The notes: generated by a model from the sequence alone, not told the origin. A stretch of 64,000 nt of DNA from an uncultured Clostridia bacterium (GCA_944386045.1 CALWZO010000042.1:32934-96933), one strand, 5' to 3'. Numbered from the stretch's first letter, positions 44,908 through 54,748 are shown. Made by a program: numbers and translations.

Positions 44908-47148
44908 TCAATATTTCTTCGGATATTTTTTTACCCTGTCATCCTTGATTACACCATGCCAGTTCAGTCCAAAGCCGAAATCATACACATTGCCCACACT
45001 GTCTGTGTAAGGTGTCATGTCAAAGGGAGTGTCTTCAAAATGAGCTTCCACAGTTTCCATATCGGCAGGAAGCTGTATCGGCAAAAGTCCGCTGGGCTCA
45101 AACCGGCCGCTGACTATATCCAGTATGGCCTGCTGCTGTACGCCGAACTGACATATTATCGCATCTGCATAGGGCTCCAGCTCGGACAGAACAGCGGAGT
45201 TGTGCATTCTTATAACAACTATTACCGGTTTATCCCCCATGGCTTTCCTTGCCTGCAAAACCAGATCCAGGTCATTTTCATTGGCCGCACAGTTTGTCTT
45301 TCCCCTGTAACTGCGGTTTGTAAAGTTTTCCCTGAAATCGCCGCCTGCAATACTGTGCTCCCTGGCGGTGTGTGCCGTGTACGGACGGTATTGCAGGGAC
45401 AACGGCAGATATCCGTTTCCGCCCTTTTCCGCATCCTGCCGGCTGTATCCGTCTGTCAGCGGACTTTCGATAAATACCATGGCAAAATCCGCCTCATCCG
45501 GACTGTCCACCCTGTCGTAATATTTCCGGCACAGGTCATTATCCATCGGATCTTCAGTATATTCGGGGGAGGTGCCCAGGAAAAAGTTCAGCTTGCTTTT
45601 TACATATCTTGTGGGTATATACACCTTTTTCCCGGCAGCCACAGGCAAAACGCCCCGGTTTTTCAGCATAACAACAGATTTCAGCTGGGCTGAATAACCT
45701 TTTTCACAGTAATCCCGGCAGCCGGCGGTTTTTTCGCTGTCCCGGGCATCCAGGAACGGGCAGTCGAACAGCCCGGTGCGGAATGTGTTCAGCAGCAGCC
45801 TGTATGCCGACTGTCTGAACCTTTCTTCCATGGCCTGCCGGCCGTATTTCTCCACACCCAGCTGATATGCAGCCAGTATAGGGGCCTTTTCGTTGTTTCC
45901 GCCAAACTGGTCAACGCCGTTTTCTATGGCCAGAAAATGCCTTTCTGCCTCTGTAAGTTCGTTTACGCCAAAACATCTGCTGCCAAATTCAGCCATGGTT
46001 TCGGACGGGTCTTTGGTTATGCCCCAGTCGGTGCATACAACCCCCTGATAATTATATTTTTCCCTGAGAAGGTCTTTTATTATATAACGGCTGTAAGAGT
46101 TGCCCACATTTTTGCCGTATTTCTGGTCTATATTCCACGATACTGTGTAGTAAGGCATAACCGAAGCGGCACATTTTGTGGGGCCGTCCAGCCGGAAAGC
46201 ACCTTCCAGGAAAGGTTTCATGTGTTTGCGGAAATTGTTTCCTGGGTAAACTGCATAGGCGCCGAAGGCATAGTGGGCATCGCGGCCGCCTTCACCTGTG
46301 CCGCCGCCGGGCCAGTGTTTTGCCATGGCGCACACGCTCTTTTCGCCCCAGCCGCCGGGCCGTCCGTCGGTGGTCTGCATTCCGTCGCAATAGGCCCTGG
46401 CCATGTCGGTGACCAGCTGCGGATGGCTGCCGAAGGTATCTTCAAAACGCATCCAGCGGGGCTCACAGGCCAGGTCTATCTGCGGTGACAGTGCGGTGGC
46501 TATACCCAGGGCCCTGTATTCGCGGGATATTATGTCGGCATACTCCCTGCACAGCTGCGGATCAAAGGTGGCCGCCATGCCCAGGCCCTCCGGCCATTTG
46601 GAGACATCATTGTCACCGCTTTTAAATTCCGCCTTGGCTTTTGACGCCCCGTTTCTGGGGTCGGTGGATATGTTTACCGGTATGCCGAAAGGCAGGCTTT
46701 CTGCCAGCGCCTGTATATTATTGCTCCATTTTACCGCTGTTTTTGTGTTTTCCAGGCCCATTACCAGCACATAGCGTATGTTGTCATCAGACAGAAAGGC
46801 TTTCTGCTGGTCTGTAAGGCTGTGCCGTTCAACGCCTGCCTGTTCAAAAGTCTGTCCGCCGTAGGTAGCCTTGAACGGGCTGTCTGAACGGGTGGGCACC
46901 ATCTGATGGGAAGAATACATCATCAGTCCGCTTATCTGCTCTATACTCAGCCTGGATGCCAGGTCCTTCGCCCTTTCCTCTGCGCTCAGGCGCCAGTCTT
47001 CATAAGGCAAAAGTTTTTCTTCACCGGATAAGTTTCGGAAAACAAAACCATCCTGCTGTATAACCTTGTCAGAAGCTGTACCTATGGTGACACCGTTTTC
47101 GTTTTTGTAAATATAATAACCGTCTTTTTTTATTTTCTGATAGCTCAT
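44908..47148 (-). CDS. glycoside hydrolase family 3 (beta-glucosidase/beta-xylosidase type), full-length
   Basis: KHWPGGG and TDWG motifs with both GH3 domains present. ATG 47148 follows GAGGTGAG. The ORF track extends to 47217. Confidence 0.85.
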   Translation of the reverse strand: MSYQKIKKDGYYIYKNENGVTIGTASDKVIQQDGFVFRNLSGEEKLLPYEDWRLSAEERAKDLASRLSIEQISGLMMYSSHQMVPTRSDSPFKATYGGQTFEQAGVERHSLTDQQKAFLSDDNIRYVLVMGLENTKTAVKWSNNIQALAESLPFGIPVNISTDPRNGASKAKAEFKSGDNDVSKWPEGLGMAATFDPQLCREYADIISREYRALGIATALSPQIDLACEPRWMRFEDTFGSHPQLVTDMARAYCDGMQTTDGRPGGWGEKSVCAMAKHWPGGGTGEGGRDAHYAFGAYAVYPGNNFRKHMKPFLEGAFRLDGPTKCAASVMPYYTVSWNIDQKYGKNVGNSYSRYIIKDLLREKYNYQGVVCTDWGITKDPSETMAEFGSRCFGVNELTEAERHFLAIENGVDQFGGNNEKAPILAAYQLGVEKYGRQAMEERFRQSAYRLLLNTFRTGLFDCPFLDARDSEKTAGCRDYCEKGYSAQLKSVVMLKNRGVLPVAAGKKVYIPTRYVKSKLNFFLGTSPEYTEDPMDNDLCRKYYDRVDSPDEADFAMVFIESPLTDGYSRQDAEKGGNGYLPLSLQYRPYTAHTAREHSIAGGDFRENFTNRSYRGKTNCAANENDLDLVLQARKAMGDKPVIVVIRMHNSAVLSELEPYADAIICQFGVQQQAILDIVSGRFEPSGLLPIQLPADMETVEAHFEDTPFDMTPYTDSVGNVYDFGFGLNWHGVIKDDRVKKYPKKY

Positions 47149-47288
47149 TTTCTCACCTCGTCTTAATAATAGTATTATACTATAAACCCAGACAAAATTC
47201 CCATTGACATATTCCAAAAAGTATATTTTAACTTTTATGCAGATTGTATAAAAAGGCTTATTATGATAAAATATTCAACGGTGATAAG

Positions 47289-47531
47289 ATGAACTATGTA
47301 TACATATTGAAATGCAGTGACGGCAGCCTGTATACCGGGTGGACAAATGACCTGGAAAAAAGGCTGGCGGCGCACAACAGCAAAAAAGGCGCAAAGTACA
47401 CCAAAAGCCGCACGCCGGTAAGTCTGTTTTACCGGGAAGAGCTGCCGGACAAATCCAGCGCACTGAAAAGGGAAGCGCAGATAAAAAAAATGAGCCGACG
47501 GAAAAAACTGCGGCTGGCAGAAGAAAAATAA
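47289..47531 (+). CDS. GIY-YIG domain protein (small stand-alone UPF0213-like)
   Basis: YVYILKCSDGSLYTGWTNDLEKRLAAHN GIY-YIG motif, 80 aa. Confidence 0.8.
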   Translation: MNYVYILKCSDGSLYTGWTNDLEKRLAAHNSKKGAKYTKSRTPVSLFYREELPDKSSALKREAQIKKMSRRKKLRLAEEK

Positions 47532-47560
47532 TCCCCCGTTGTCCGGGGGATTGTTTTTTT
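47524..47560. terminator. bidirectional terminator between the GIY-YIG gene and spoIVA
   Basis: AATCCCCCG/CGGGGGATT stem followed by GTTTTTTT, with an A-run upstream. Confidence 0.85.
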
Positions 47561-49031
47561 ATAAGATGATACATACCAGACCCTGACAGCCTTCATTGAC
47601 CACCTTTTCAATGCTTTCGGTCAGCTTGCTCCTGGCTTCCGGCGGAATGTTCAGAAGTTTGGCGTTAAGACCCTGGTTGACAAGCTCCTGCAAAGAGTTG
47701 CCCAGCAGATTTGTCTGCCAGATGTCCAGCGGGCTGTCCTCGTAATTTTTCAGCAGGGATGCCACCATCTCTTCCCCGCTGGCCTCATTGCCTATAATGG
47801 GAGATACCGTTGTGGTGATGTTGGCTTTCAATATATGCAGGCTGGGCGCAGAAGCGGTAAATTTGATGCCGTATTTTGCCCCCTGTTTTACCATCTGCGG
47901 CTCTTCCAGGTGCAGCTTGTCGGCCGACGGCATAACTATGCCGTAGCCGGTGGCTTCCACCTGCCGCAGTGCCGGTGCCAGTTTGTCATATTCTGTTTTG
48001 GCATACATCAGCTGTTTCATCAGCTGCATCAGCGCAAAATCGTCCTTGACATCGGTGCCGGTTATTGACTGAAGTGTATCATAGTAAAGGTTTTTGTCCA
48101 AAATTGCAGTCAGTGTGGCACAGCCTGTTCCGTAATCAATTTTGGAGCAGTCCACCGCTGTGATATATGGGTTTTCCAGCAGCTTTTCCGCCGACCGGCT
48201 GATATCGCTTATTTTGCTCACATCTGCAAAAACATTTCTGATCTGCCCCATTATCTGTTCTTTCGGCCCAAAATCAGCACTCTGCATCACCAGCCATTTT
48301 GGTATTTCCAGCCTTATTTCTGCAACCGGGAACTGGGTGAGGGCACTGCGCAGTATCTGTTCTATATCATCTTTGGACAGTTCCAGACAGTTGGCACACA
48401 CCACCGGAACGCCGTTTTTTTGGCTTATCCGGCCTGCTATTGCTTCGGTTTTGGCCCGGGTGGGTGTCATGGAGTTGAGCACCACTACAAAAGGTTTGCC
48501 CAGGCTTTTCAGCTGGGAAATAACCTTTTCTTCCGCCTGTATATAATTTTCGCGGGGTATATCGCTGATAGTGCCGTCTGTGGTTATTACTACACCTATG
48601 GTGGAATGTTCGCTGATAACCTTCTGGGTGCCTATCCGTGCCGCCTTTTCAAAAGGTATCGCCTGTTTAAACCACGGGGTCTTTACCATTCGCGGCTTGC
48701 CTTCCTCTTCATCTCCCCGGGCGCCGTTTATCATATATCCCACGCAGTCTACCATTCTCACGCGCAGGTTCTGCTTGTCGCCCAGGACTATATCAACGCC
48801 CTGCCGTGGTATAAAATTGGGCTGGGTGGTCATAACGGTACGGCCGGCGGCAGACTGGGGCAGTTCGTCTATTGCTCGGGTGCGCTTCTGGGCATCCTTT
48901 ATATTGGGTATCACCAGCGCTTCCATAAATTTTTTTATAAATGTGCTTTTGCCGCTGCGCACAGGCCCCACGACACCGATATATATATCTCCACCGGTGC
49001 GTTTTTCAATATTTTCATATATATTTGCCAT
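47559..49031 (-). CDS. spoIVA: stage IV sporulation protein A (spore coat morphogenetic ATPase)
   Basis: MANIYENIEKRTGGDIYIGVVGPVRSGKSTFIKKFME, a near-invariant SpoIVA N-terminus with Walker A. 490 aa. Confidence 0.95.
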   Translation of the reverse strand: MANIYENIEKRTGGDIYIGVVGPVRSGKSTFIKKFMEALVIPNIKDAQKRTRAIDELPQSAAGRTVMTTQPNFIPRQGVDIVLGDKQNLRVRMVDCVGYMINGARGDEEEGKPRMVKTPWFKQAIPFEKAARIGTQKVISEHSTIGVVITTDGTISDIPRENYIQAEEKVISQLKSLGKPFVVVLNSMTPTRAKTEAIAGRISQKNGVPVVCANCLELSKDDIEQILRSALTQFPVAEIRLEIPKWLVMQSADFGPKEQIMGQIRNVFADVSKISDISRSAEKLLENPYITAVDCSKIDYGTGCATLTAILDKNLYYDTLQSITGTDVKDDFALMQLMKQLMYAKTEYDKLAPALRQVEATGYGIVMPSADKLHLEEPQMVKQGAKYGIKFTASAPSLHILKANITTTVSPIIGNEASGEEMVASLLKNYEDSPLDIWQTNLLGNSLQELVNQGLNAKLLNIPPEARSKLTESIEKVVNEGCQGLVCIIL

Positions 49032-49040
49032 ATCTGCACC

Positions 49041-50555
49041 TCACATATTATAAGCGGGTATCAACAGCATTCTGTCTTCGGCCAGGGTTGTGGCCTCTTC
49101 CAGGCTGTTTTCCATCCGGATAAGCTGTGTATCTGTTTTGTATTTCATTGCTATATCAAAGATTTTTTCGCCTTTTTTGCCGTAATACAGCACCAGGGCA
49201 TCCGGCGCAGGGGCACAGTCCTCCTCGGTGTTTTCCTCGAAAGAATACAATGTCTGCACCTGCATATGGTTGATAACAAAGCCCTGCACTGCGGCAGTGA
49301 CCCTGACATTGAGAGTCTGCGACTCCACAGAGACAGAAACAGACATCGGCACACAGGACACTATATACTCATTTTCGGCCTTGATATCCTCGCCGATGTT
49401 CAGGTTGACATCCCGGCTTTTCACAAAACATTCCAGCTCGTTTTCACTGCTGCGCATTATGGCGCTGACTGTTATTTTGGTTTTCAGTACCGTTTCGCCT
49501 TCTTCGTCATGAAGCGCAGGACATTCTGCCGCCGCAAAAGCACAAACCGGAGTATACCCCTGTCCGATTTCATCAGCTATATCAACGGTAAAAATTTTAT
49601 CGGCAGTTCTGATGTTGTCATCGCACACGATTTTCCGCGTTTCCTTTGAGTACCGGTATTTTTTTGAAAAGGCGTCTGTCAGGGCTATCACGCTTTCCTT
49701 CCTGAAAACCTTTATATCCACACAGCAGGTGACTATGCAGTTTATTTTGTGGGTATCGGGATTTTGTGTTATGGCCACATTCACCGCCGTAAACTCGCCG
49801 TAAGGAAGGCAGTTTTCTCCGGTTCCGGCTATTTCGGCAATCTGATTGAAAACAAATGTTTTGACTGTATGCTGTACAGTCCGGCTGTCCGGCATTGTAT
49901 ACACCACCTCTGCCGAAATTTCACCTTTAAGGTTTACCTTGTCTTTATAGGCGGTCAGTGTCATGTTGGTGCATCTGGCATCTGCTGTCAGGACTTTTTC
50001 CAGCTGCGGCGGAAGGTCTATTTCATCTTCCACAGAAAACTGTTTAGCACCCCGTCCGCAAAGGCAGAAATTGTTTATCTCCCGGCTGTCATAACATGCA
50101 AAAGTTGTATTTACCGCGGTGCCCACAGGTTTGGGACACACAGTATAACCCCTGACAAACATCCGGTATATGCCCCTGGCGTCTATTCGTGTGGGATTGA
50201 TCGCCCTGGTGTTTATATATTGCAGCTGGCCGTCCACCTGTATAAAGTACGGGCCCTGGGGTGCCTGTGAAAGGTCAAACTGTTTCTGGAACGGCAGTTT
50301 TTTGCTGACAAGGGTCAGGTTCTCACCTTCCGGCGGTTGGTAGTATATATTTATCTTCAGATATCCTTCCAGCACCAGCTTGCTGCCGTTTATGTATTTC
50401 TGGGTTATTGAATGTTCCACATTGGTTTTAACAATCTTGAAAATAGCTTTGTCATAATCCGCCAGCAAAAATTCCTGCTCCACAGGCATTTCAAAAGCCG
50501 TATCGATAAATTTACAGGTTGTGCTGATGGTATCGCTGATCAACTGATTTGCCAT
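49041..50555 (-). CDS. DUF3794-type repeat protein with a C-terminal LysM domain (SipL/SpoVID-like coat morphogenetic protein candidate)
   Basis: C-terminal LysM-like LVLYYGKKGEKIFDIAMKYKTDTQLIRMENSL. The position immediately upstream of spoIVA (9-nt gap) suggests co-transcription. ATG 50555 follows AGGAAGGAG. Confidence 0.7.
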   Translation of the reverse strand: MANQLISDTISTTCKFIDTAFEMPVEQEFLLADYDKAIFKIVKTNVEHSITQKYINGSKLVLEGYLKINIYYQPPEGENLTLVSKKLPFQKQFDLSQAPQGPYFIQVDGQLQYINTRAINPTRIDARGIYRMFVRGYTVCPKPVGTAVNTTFACYDSREINNFCLCGRGAKQFSVEDEIDLPPQLEKVLTADARCTNMTLTAYKDKVNLKGEISAEVVYTMPDSRTVQHTVKTFVFNQIAEIAGTGENCLPYGEFTAVNVAITQNPDTHKINCIVTCCVDIKVFRKESVIALTDAFSKKYRYSKETRKIVCDDNIRTADKIFTVDIADEIGQGYTPVCAFAAAECPALHDEEGETVLKTKITVSAIMRSSENELECFVKSRDVNLNIGEDIKAENEYIVSCVPMSVSVSVESQTLNVRVTAAVQGFVINHMQVQTLYSFEENTEEDCAPAPDALVLYYGKKGEKIFDIAMKYKTDTQLIRMENSLEEATTLAEDRMLLIPAYNM

Positions 50556-50732
50556 ACATTGTCTCCTTCCTATCGGCCTGTAATCTTTTGCCTTGTAAAT
50601 TATATTCTGCCAAAAAAACAAATATTCTTATATAAAGGAAAGACAATGGGGTTTAACATTACATAATGTATAAAAAGCAGATAATATCACGATATGTATT
50701 TTGATGTGAGATGTCCGATTTTTAAAACACAT

Positions 50733-50769
50733 AAAAACACCCCAAAGAAAATCCTTCGGGGTGTTTTTA
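50733..50769 (-). terminator. intrinsic terminator downstream of the coaD-coiled-coil transcript (and the micro-ORF)
   Basis: ACACCCC/GGGGTGT stem followed by TTTTT on the minus strand. Confidence 0.8.
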
Positions 50770-50838
50770 TCAGATTTTAAAAATATACTTTAAAATACCT
50801 TTAAGAAATTTGGGACTTTTAAAAACAACAACCTTCAA
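50770..50838 (-). CDS. candidate 22-aa cationic micro-ORF ((M)KVVVFKSPKFLKGILKYIFKI), TTG start
   Basis: AGGAGG (50847-50852) lies 8 nt upstream of TTG 50838. The TGA stop abuts the stem of the intrinsic terminator at 50733-50769. No homology was assessed. Confidence 0.3.
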   Translation of the reverse strand: MKVVVFKSPKFLKGILKYIFKI

Positions 50839-50888
50839 ACTGATCGCCTCCTGCAATATAATATGTGCAAAAAGGCGAAAAGGTGCGT

Positions 50889-51338
50889 TTATTTTTTAAA
50901 GCTGTCGCGCACTGTTTTTATCTCTGAAAAGCTTTTTTGCAGCCGTTCCTGGGCTTCGGCCAGTGTGCTGTCGCAAAACTTTATCACTGCCATTTTTGTG
51001 CCGGCGGCGCTTTGATTTGCTTCGCTGATTATTGTTTTTGCCTTGGCCTGGGCCTGCTTTACAATCTCTTCACGGTTAAGCAGGGCGCGGGCCCTTTCCT
51101 CTGCGGTGCGCACCATCTCTTCCGCTTCTTTTTTCGCTTTGGCTATGATGGAGGCGCGGTCATGCACTATTGCTTTGGCCTGCAAAATCTCTGACGGCAT
51201 GTTGGCCCTGATATCGTCAATTATATCTCTGGCCGCATCCACATCCACCATTCTTTTGCCGCCGCTCAGCGGAACACCCATGCCTTCTTCCAAAACTTCT
51301 TCCAGGTTTTCCAGCAATGTTTCCAATGGTACTGCCAT
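50889..51338 (-). CDS. coiled-coil protein resembling ATP-synthase b / V-ATPase G-H stalk subunits (hypothetical)
   Basis: 149 aa, Ala/Glu/Lys-rich heptad-like sequence (KAKKEAEEMVRTAEERARALL). SD AAGGAG. It lies downstream of coaD. Confidence 0.6.
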   Translation of the reverse strand: MAVPLETLLENLEEVLEEGMGVPLSGGKRMVDVDAARDIIDDIRANMPSEILQAKAIVHDRASIIAKAKKEAEEMVRTAEERARALLNREEIVKQAQAKAKTIISEANQSAAGTKMAVIKFCDSTLAEAQERLQKSFSEIKTVRDSFKK

Positions 51339-51352
51339 TTTTACTCTCCTTT

Positions 51353-51835
51353 TTACTTTTCGTTAAATCTTCTGAATACCTCTTCTTCTATCCGCTTTGG
51401 CACAAACTGCTCTATTTTTCCGCCAAAACCGGCAATCTGCCTTACGATTGTAGAGGACAGGTACATATATTCCTGATTTGTAACCATAAACAGGGTTTCC
51501 AGCTCGGGATTGAGTTTTTTGTTGGTCAATGCCTGCTGAAATTCATACTCAAAGTCTGTCACCGCACGCAGACCCTTTATCAGCGTGTGGGCGTTTTTTT
51601 CCCTGGCGTAGTCTGCCACCAGTCCAAGGTAGCTGTCAACCTCTATATTAGGTATGTGCCGTGTGGCTTTTTTTATAAATTCAACCCTTTCATCCTTTGT
51701 AAAGGTGGGGGTCTTGTTGGGGTTTACCATAACAACGGCAATAACTTTGTCAAACAGTTTACTGCTTCTTTCCAGAATGTCCACATGTCCTTTTGTAACC
51801 GGGTCAAAACTTCCGGGGCATATTGCAATTCTCAT
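51353..51835 (-). CDS. coaD: phosphopantetheine adenylyltransferase
   Basis: CPGSFDPVTKGHVDI (HxGH-type) motif, 160 aa. Confidence 0.95.
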   Translation of the reverse strand: MRIAICPGSFDPVTKGHVDILERSSKLFDKVIAVVMVNPNKTPTFTKDERVEFIKKATRHIPNIEVDSYLGLVADYAREKNAHTLIKGLRAVTDFEYEFQQALTNKKLNPELETLFMVTNQEYMYLSSTIVRQIAGFGGKIEQFVPKRIEEEVFRRFNEK

Positions 51836-51839
51836 AAAT

Positions 51840-52376
51840 TTACTCCTTGATAAACTTGGTCACAGCCACTTTTCCGTATTTAAACCTTTTTACCTGCACA
51901 AGGCCGGGAATATTGTCTTTGGGCTGCCACTCCAATTCGCTTTCAGCCATTATTATACCACCAGATGCGGTAATTGCACTTACTTTTTCCAAAATTTCAT
52001 CTAAAATTCCCATATTGTACGGCGGGTCAAGAAAAACCAGGTCAAAGCTGTCTTTGGCAAAGGATAAAAACTCCTGAGCCGGCATGTTTACCACCCTGCT
52101 TTTGTCAAACAGGTTGCAGGTTTTAAGATTTTTCTTTACTATATCCGCCGCCCGGGGATTGCTGTCCACAAAAGTGCAGGAAAGCGCACCGCGGGACAGG
52201 CTTTCTATTCCCATCTGGCCGCTGCCGGCAAAAAGATCCAGCACCTTTGCACCGGGTATAAGAAACTGCACCGAGGAAAAAATTCCCTCTTTTACCCTGT
52301 CTATGGTAGGGCGTGTGGAAAGCCCGTCCAGTGTTTCCAGCCTGCTGCCTCTGGCTGTTCCGCTGATCACCCTCAT
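51840..52376 (-). CDS. rsmD: 16S rRNA (guanine966-N2)-methyltransferase
   Basis: DLFAGSGQMGIESLSRGA SAM motif and DPPY. Conserved position upstream of coaD. Confidence 0.9.
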   Translation of the reverse strand: MRVISGTARGSRLETLDGLSTRPTIDRVKEGIFSSVQFLIPGAKVLDLFAGSGQMGIESLSRGALSCTFVDSNPRAADIVKKNLKTCNLFDKSRVVNMPAQEFLSFAKDSFDLVFLDPPYNMGILDEILEKVSAITASGGIIMAESELEWQPKDNIPGLVQVKRFKYGKVAVTKFIKE

Positions 52377-54196
52377 TGTTCTTCTCCTTCATCGTGAAAA
52401 TAATAATAAATATTTCTGGCGTCCCTGTAGCTTATTCCCGGCACTTCTGCCAGCCGGCCCATCTCTGCGGCTTTTACATTGGCCACGGTTTTAAAAGCTT
52501 TCATAAGGTTTTCCGCCTTTTTATCGCCTATGCCGGGGATTTTGGTCAGTGTAACTGCATAGGATTTTGTCTTTTGGGTCCTGCGCTGATATTCAATGGA
52601 AAAGCGATGAACCTCGTCCTGTATTTCGGTTATAAATTTGAATATACCCTTGTGCATGGCTATGGCTATTTCACCCTCCGGGCTGACCATCGCCCTTGTG
52701 CGGTGTTTGGAGTCCTTTACCATACCGAATATGGGCACATCTTCAAAAGCGGTGCCCTTGACAACCCGCAGAACGCTGGAAAGCTGGCCTTTGCCGCCGT
52801 CCAGGAATATAACATCCGGCTTTATGCCAAACTGGCCCTGGGCGCCTTTTTCATACTCTGCCACGCGTCTGGACAGTGTTTCCGCCATGGACGCATAATC
52901 GTCTGTGCCGGTTACTGTCCTGATTTTGAATTTGCGGTAGCCGCTTTTTTTCGGCTTTCCGTCTTCAAAAACCACCATGCCGGCCACGCTTGTACCATCG
53001 CCCCAGTTGGATATATCATAGCTTTCGATGGTGTGCGGGGCTTCTTTCAGCCCCAGTATATTGGCCAGCTCGTCCAGGAACTTCCGACTTTTGTCCAGCC
53101 TGCCGCTTTCCCTTGCCAGTCGTTCCACTGCGTTGGTGTAAGCCATTTTGATTATTTTCAGGTTTTCTCCTTTGAAAACCTTTGCCACATTTACCTTTGT
53201 TTTGGACTTTTTGTTGATATATTCCACAATGTCCTCGTCCACCGGCATTTCGTCCAGCAGTACATGCTTTGGCGGTGTTTCGGTGGAATAGAACTGCACC
53301 AGAAATTCGTCCCTGACATCATCGGCATTTTCCTCGCCGAAGAACACATGCTCTTTTTTGTCCATCAATCTGCCGCGGCGGAACCTGAGGACACTGACAC
53401 AGCAGTTTTTACCGCTGCCGGCCACCGCTATAAAGTCGTGGCTTTGCAGGCTTTCGTTTACCACATTTTGCCCGGAGGACAGTTTTTGTATGGCGTTTAT
53501 CTGATCCCTTATCAGCGCCGCCTTTTCAAAATCCAGGTTTTCGGCCGCCTGTTCCATCGACTGTTTCAATATATCTATAATTTTATCGGTGTCCTGTTTT
53601 AAAAATCTTACCGCGTTGTCAATTATTTCGTTGTATGTTTCCTTGCTTATTTTGCCGGTACATACACCCATACATTTTTTTATATGATAATTAAGGCAGG
53701 GACGCTCCTTGCCGAAATCTCTGGGAAAAGACCTGTTGCAGGTGGGAAGTTTGAATATCTGCTGGGCTGTGGACACCATTTCCCTGACGGCAAAGCTGGA
53801 CATATAAGGGCCCAGGTATCTGCTGTCGTCCAGCACCTGGAATTCGGCGGTTATCCTGGGGTATTCCTCTTTTGATATTTTTATAAAATTGTACCCTTTG
53901 TCATCTTTCAGCAATATGTTGTATTTCGGGCTGTGCTGTTTTATCTGACTGCATTCCAGAGTAAGGGCTTCAAATTCGCTGTTTGTGACGATGACATCAA
54001 AGGAATAGGCATTATCAACCATTTTCTGCACTTTGGGCAGATGCTCATTTCCCTCTTTAAAATACTGACTGACCCTTATTTTCAGTCTTTTGGCCTTGCC
54101 GATATATATAATTTCATCATTTTTGTCCCTGATGATATAAACGCCGGGCAGCAGGGGCAGGCTGCGGGCCTTTTCATACAATTCCTGTTTTGTCAT
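52373..54196 (-). CDS. uvrC: excinuclease ABC subunit C
   Basis: N-terminal GIY-YIG (GVYIIRDKNDEIIYIGKAKRLKIRV) and a C-terminal (HhH)2 region. 607 aa. Confidence 0.95.
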   Translation of the reverse strand: MTKQELYEKARSLPLLPGVYIIRDKNDEIIYIGKAKRLKIRVSQYFKEGNEHLPKVQKMVDNAYSFDVIVTNSEFEALTLECSQIKQHSPKYNILLKDDKGYNFIKISKEEYPRITAEFQVLDDSRYLGPYMSSFAVREMVSTAQQIFKLPTCNRSFPRDFGKERPCLNYHIKKCMGVCTGKISKETYNEIIDNAVRFLKQDTDKIIDILKQSMEQAAENLDFEKAALIRDQINAIQKLSSGQNVVNESLQSHDFIAVAGSGKNCCVSVLRFRRGRLMDKKEHVFFGEENADDVRDEFLVQFYSTETPPKHVLLDEMPVDEDIVEYINKKSKTKVNVAKVFKGENLKIIKMAYTNAVERLARESGRLDKSRKFLDELANILGLKEAPHTIESYDISNWGDGTSVAGMVVFEDGKPKKSGYRKFKIRTVTGTDDYASMAETLSRRVAEYEKGAQGQFGIKPDVIFLDGGKGQLSSVLRVVKGTAFEDVPIFGMVKDSKHRTRAMVSPEGEIAIAMHKGIFKFITEIQDEVHRFSIEYQRRTQKTKSYAVTLTKIPGIGDKKAENLMKAFKTVANVKAAEMGRLAEVPGISYRDARNIYYYFHDEGEEQ

Positions 54197-54251
54197 CCGT
54201 TCTCCTGTCTTTTTACCTGTATTATTCTGCCTGTGCGGCCGGTTAAATCAG

Positions 54252-54308
54252 ATAAAAAAAATACCGCCCAGACACCCGGTGATATGCCGGCGCATCTGTG
54301 GGCGGTGA
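54252..54308 (-). terminator. intrinsic terminator after ptsH
   Basis: ACCGCCCA...TGGGCGGT long imperfect hairpin followed by an 8-nt T-run on the minus strand. Confidence 0.75.
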
Positions 54309-54319
54309 ATATCATAAAA

Positions 54320-54583
54320 TCAGTTGCTGAAACCGGAGTTAACAAGTTTAACCAAGGCTTCTACTGCTGCTTCCTCATCGGCGCCGTCAGCGATAACTCT
54401 GATGGTTGTACCGCCTACGATACCCAAAGACAAAACACCCAGCAAGCTTTTGGCATTAACTCTTCTCTCTTCCTTTTCAACCCAGATGGAAGATTTGAAC
54501 TCGTTTGCTTTCTGAATAAAGAAAGTAGCCGGGCGTGCGTGTAAACCTACCTGATTTTCAACTGTAACATCTTTGTAAAACAT
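54320..54583 (-). CDS. ptsH: phosphocarrier protein HPr
   Basis: His15 motif GLHARPA and Ser46 motif NAKSLLGVLSLG. 87 aa. Confidence 0.9.
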   Translation of the reverse strand: MFYKDVTVENQVGLHARPATFFIQKANEFKSSIWVEKEERRVNAKSLLGVLSLGIVGGTTIRVIADGADEEAAVEALVKLVNSGFSN

Positions 54584-54644
54584 TATATAATCTCCTCATA
54601 AAAAAAGAATTATTTTTATTTTTTCTAATTTCTGATACAAAAAT

Positions 54645-54673
54645 ATTTTATAACAATCTATAAAAATAGTCAA
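54645..54673 (-). promoter_or_regulatory. sigma-A promoter of ptsH (TTGACT-17-TAAAAT)
   Basis: Read on the minus strand. Confidence 0.55.
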
Positions 54674-54748
54674 CAAACTAACCTCATTTTATCTATAATA
54701 ACTATCAAAACCGATAAAATGCTGCCGCTAATTTATGCAAATTGCTAT

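Noticed and set aside
47289-47531. The GIY-YIG nuclease gene next to a bidirectional terminator was considered as a possible defence or homing-endonuclease element.
   Set aside because: It is an 80-aa single-domain protein of the widespread stand-alone UPF0213-like type. It has no DNA-binding extension, no intron or intein context, and no neighbouring defence or mobile genes.
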